From a virus (taxonomy: Duplodnaviria; Heunggongvirae; Uroviricota; Caudoviricetes): 5,990 bases of DNA. The translations under genes and the position numbers were made by a program. This document shows, piece by piece, positions 5,518-5,990 of this stretch. The stretch lies in IMG/VR virus record IMGVR_UViG_2778261571_000008; one strand, 5' to 3'. How positions within the stretch are numbered: the stretch's first letter is position 1; every line of letters starts with the position of its first letter. Below the pieces are notes generated by a model, which was not told the origin of the DNA, ran no database searches, and worked only from the letters and a program-made list of their open reading frames with translations.

Positions 5518-5862
5518 TTAGTCGAAGTAGCTGCCAATATCCGGTGTCCGGGTATCAGTTTTCCGGGTAGGCGTGGAGAAGTACGACTCCAGATCCGGCG
5601 TTTTAGGCCCGCGCTGGGCGTTGGCGGCGGGTTGCTTTTCTTCTGGCTGTTCCGGCTGTTTACCAGCGAAACGGCGCTCCAGTTGGTCCATCAGCACCAC
5701 CATCATTTCCTGGACCAGCTTTTCATCGGCTTTGTCCAGGCTTTCCAATACCATCGCCATCCCTTTGCGAAATTTAAGCTCAGCGGCGTCCGGTTCCGGT
5801 GCTGATTCGTTTGCTTTAACTGCCAGGGCGATCCGGCGTTTTGCTTCATCTAAAAAACTCAT
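5518..5862 (-). CDS. Hypothetical small acidic protein (orfB, 114 aa), translationally coupled to orfA
   Basis: ATG at 5862-5860 lies 5 nt after the orfA stop (TAA 5870-5868); its SD GGGGGA (5877-5872) is inside the end of orfA. C-terminal tail ...PDLESYFSTPTRKTDTRTPDIGSYFD carries two SYF motifs. No family recognised. Confidence 0.6.
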   Translation of the reverse strand: MSFLDEAKRRIALAVKANESAPEPDAAELKFRKGMAMVLESLDKADEKLVQEMMVVLMDQLERRFAGKQPEQPEEKQPAANAQRGPKTPDLESYFSTPTRKTDTRTPDIGSYFD

Positions 5863-5867
5863 TTTGT

Positions 5868-5990
5868 TTATTCCCCCATATAGAAATAGTCATCTAATTG
5901 ATCGCGTAGTTCTTTTGGTCCGTTAAACCATTCATCAATGGTCGCATTAAATACCGGATCGCCATCGAAGTAGGTTTTTGTGAAGTCGTC
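5868..5990 (-). CDS. orfA, C-terminal segment (enters window at 5990; stop TAA at 5870-5868)
   Basis: Reverse-complement translation from 5990: DDFTKTYFDGDPVFNATIDEWFNGPKELRDQLDDYFYMGE-stop. The first five codons are encoded by the 16-bp repeat and are in the same frame as the final DDFTK of the 1-322 segment. Joined product is 142 aa. Confidence 0.55.
   Translation of the reverse strand, partial: DDFTKTYFDGDPVFNATIDEWFNGPKELRDQLDDYFYMGE
5975..5990. repeat. Right copy of 16-bp terminal direct repeat TTTTTGTGAAGTCGTC
   Basis: Exact identity with positions 1-16. Confidence 0.9.

Noticed and set aside
5573-5926. Plus-strand ORF, 117 aa
   Set aside because: Antisense shadow of orfB and the orfA C-terminus; no SD; S/A-rich translation.
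1-5990. Integrase, excision-site tRNA, capsid/terminase genes, toxin-antitoxin pair
   Set aside because: Searched both strands by eye for tyrosine or serine recombinase signatures, tRNA-like cloverleaf segments and large structural ORFs; none found. The AlpA-like genes are DNA-binding regulators or excisionase-like, not integrases.

Overview
The window reads as a single compact mobile replicon, probably a phage-satellite-like (PICI/P4-style) or plasmid-like element of about 5,974 bp, not an ordinary chromosomal region. Positions 1-16 and 5975-5990 are an identical 16-bp direct repeat, and a minus-strand gene cut by the window ends is restored in frame when the ends are joined. All eight credible genes are on the minus strand. 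Going round in the direction of transcription: (i) an AlpA-family HTH gene (4401-4156) followed by a 529-aa SF3/D5-type replication protein (4064-2475), a strong intrinsic terminator (2451-2424) and a dense iteron/AT-rich origin-like region (about 2146-2415); (ii) a second AlpA-family HTH gene (1404-1216) followed by an HNH endonuclease (1200-682) and small acidic proteins of unknown function (655-344; 322 across the junction to 5868; 5862-5518), then a 97-aa Cys-containing protein (5388-5095). I found no integrase, capsid, tail, terminase, tRNA or CRISPR. A 690-bp non-coding region (4402-5094) carries a LexA-box-like CTGT-N8-ACAG site overlapping a 19-bp perfect palindrome. The most interesting points are the integrase-less circular or tandem architecture, the unidentified HNH-led accessory operon, a Lys-to-Arg substitution in the replication protein's Walker A motif, and the possible SOS control. 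All family assignments are from motif recognition by eye; no database search or folding computation was possible.
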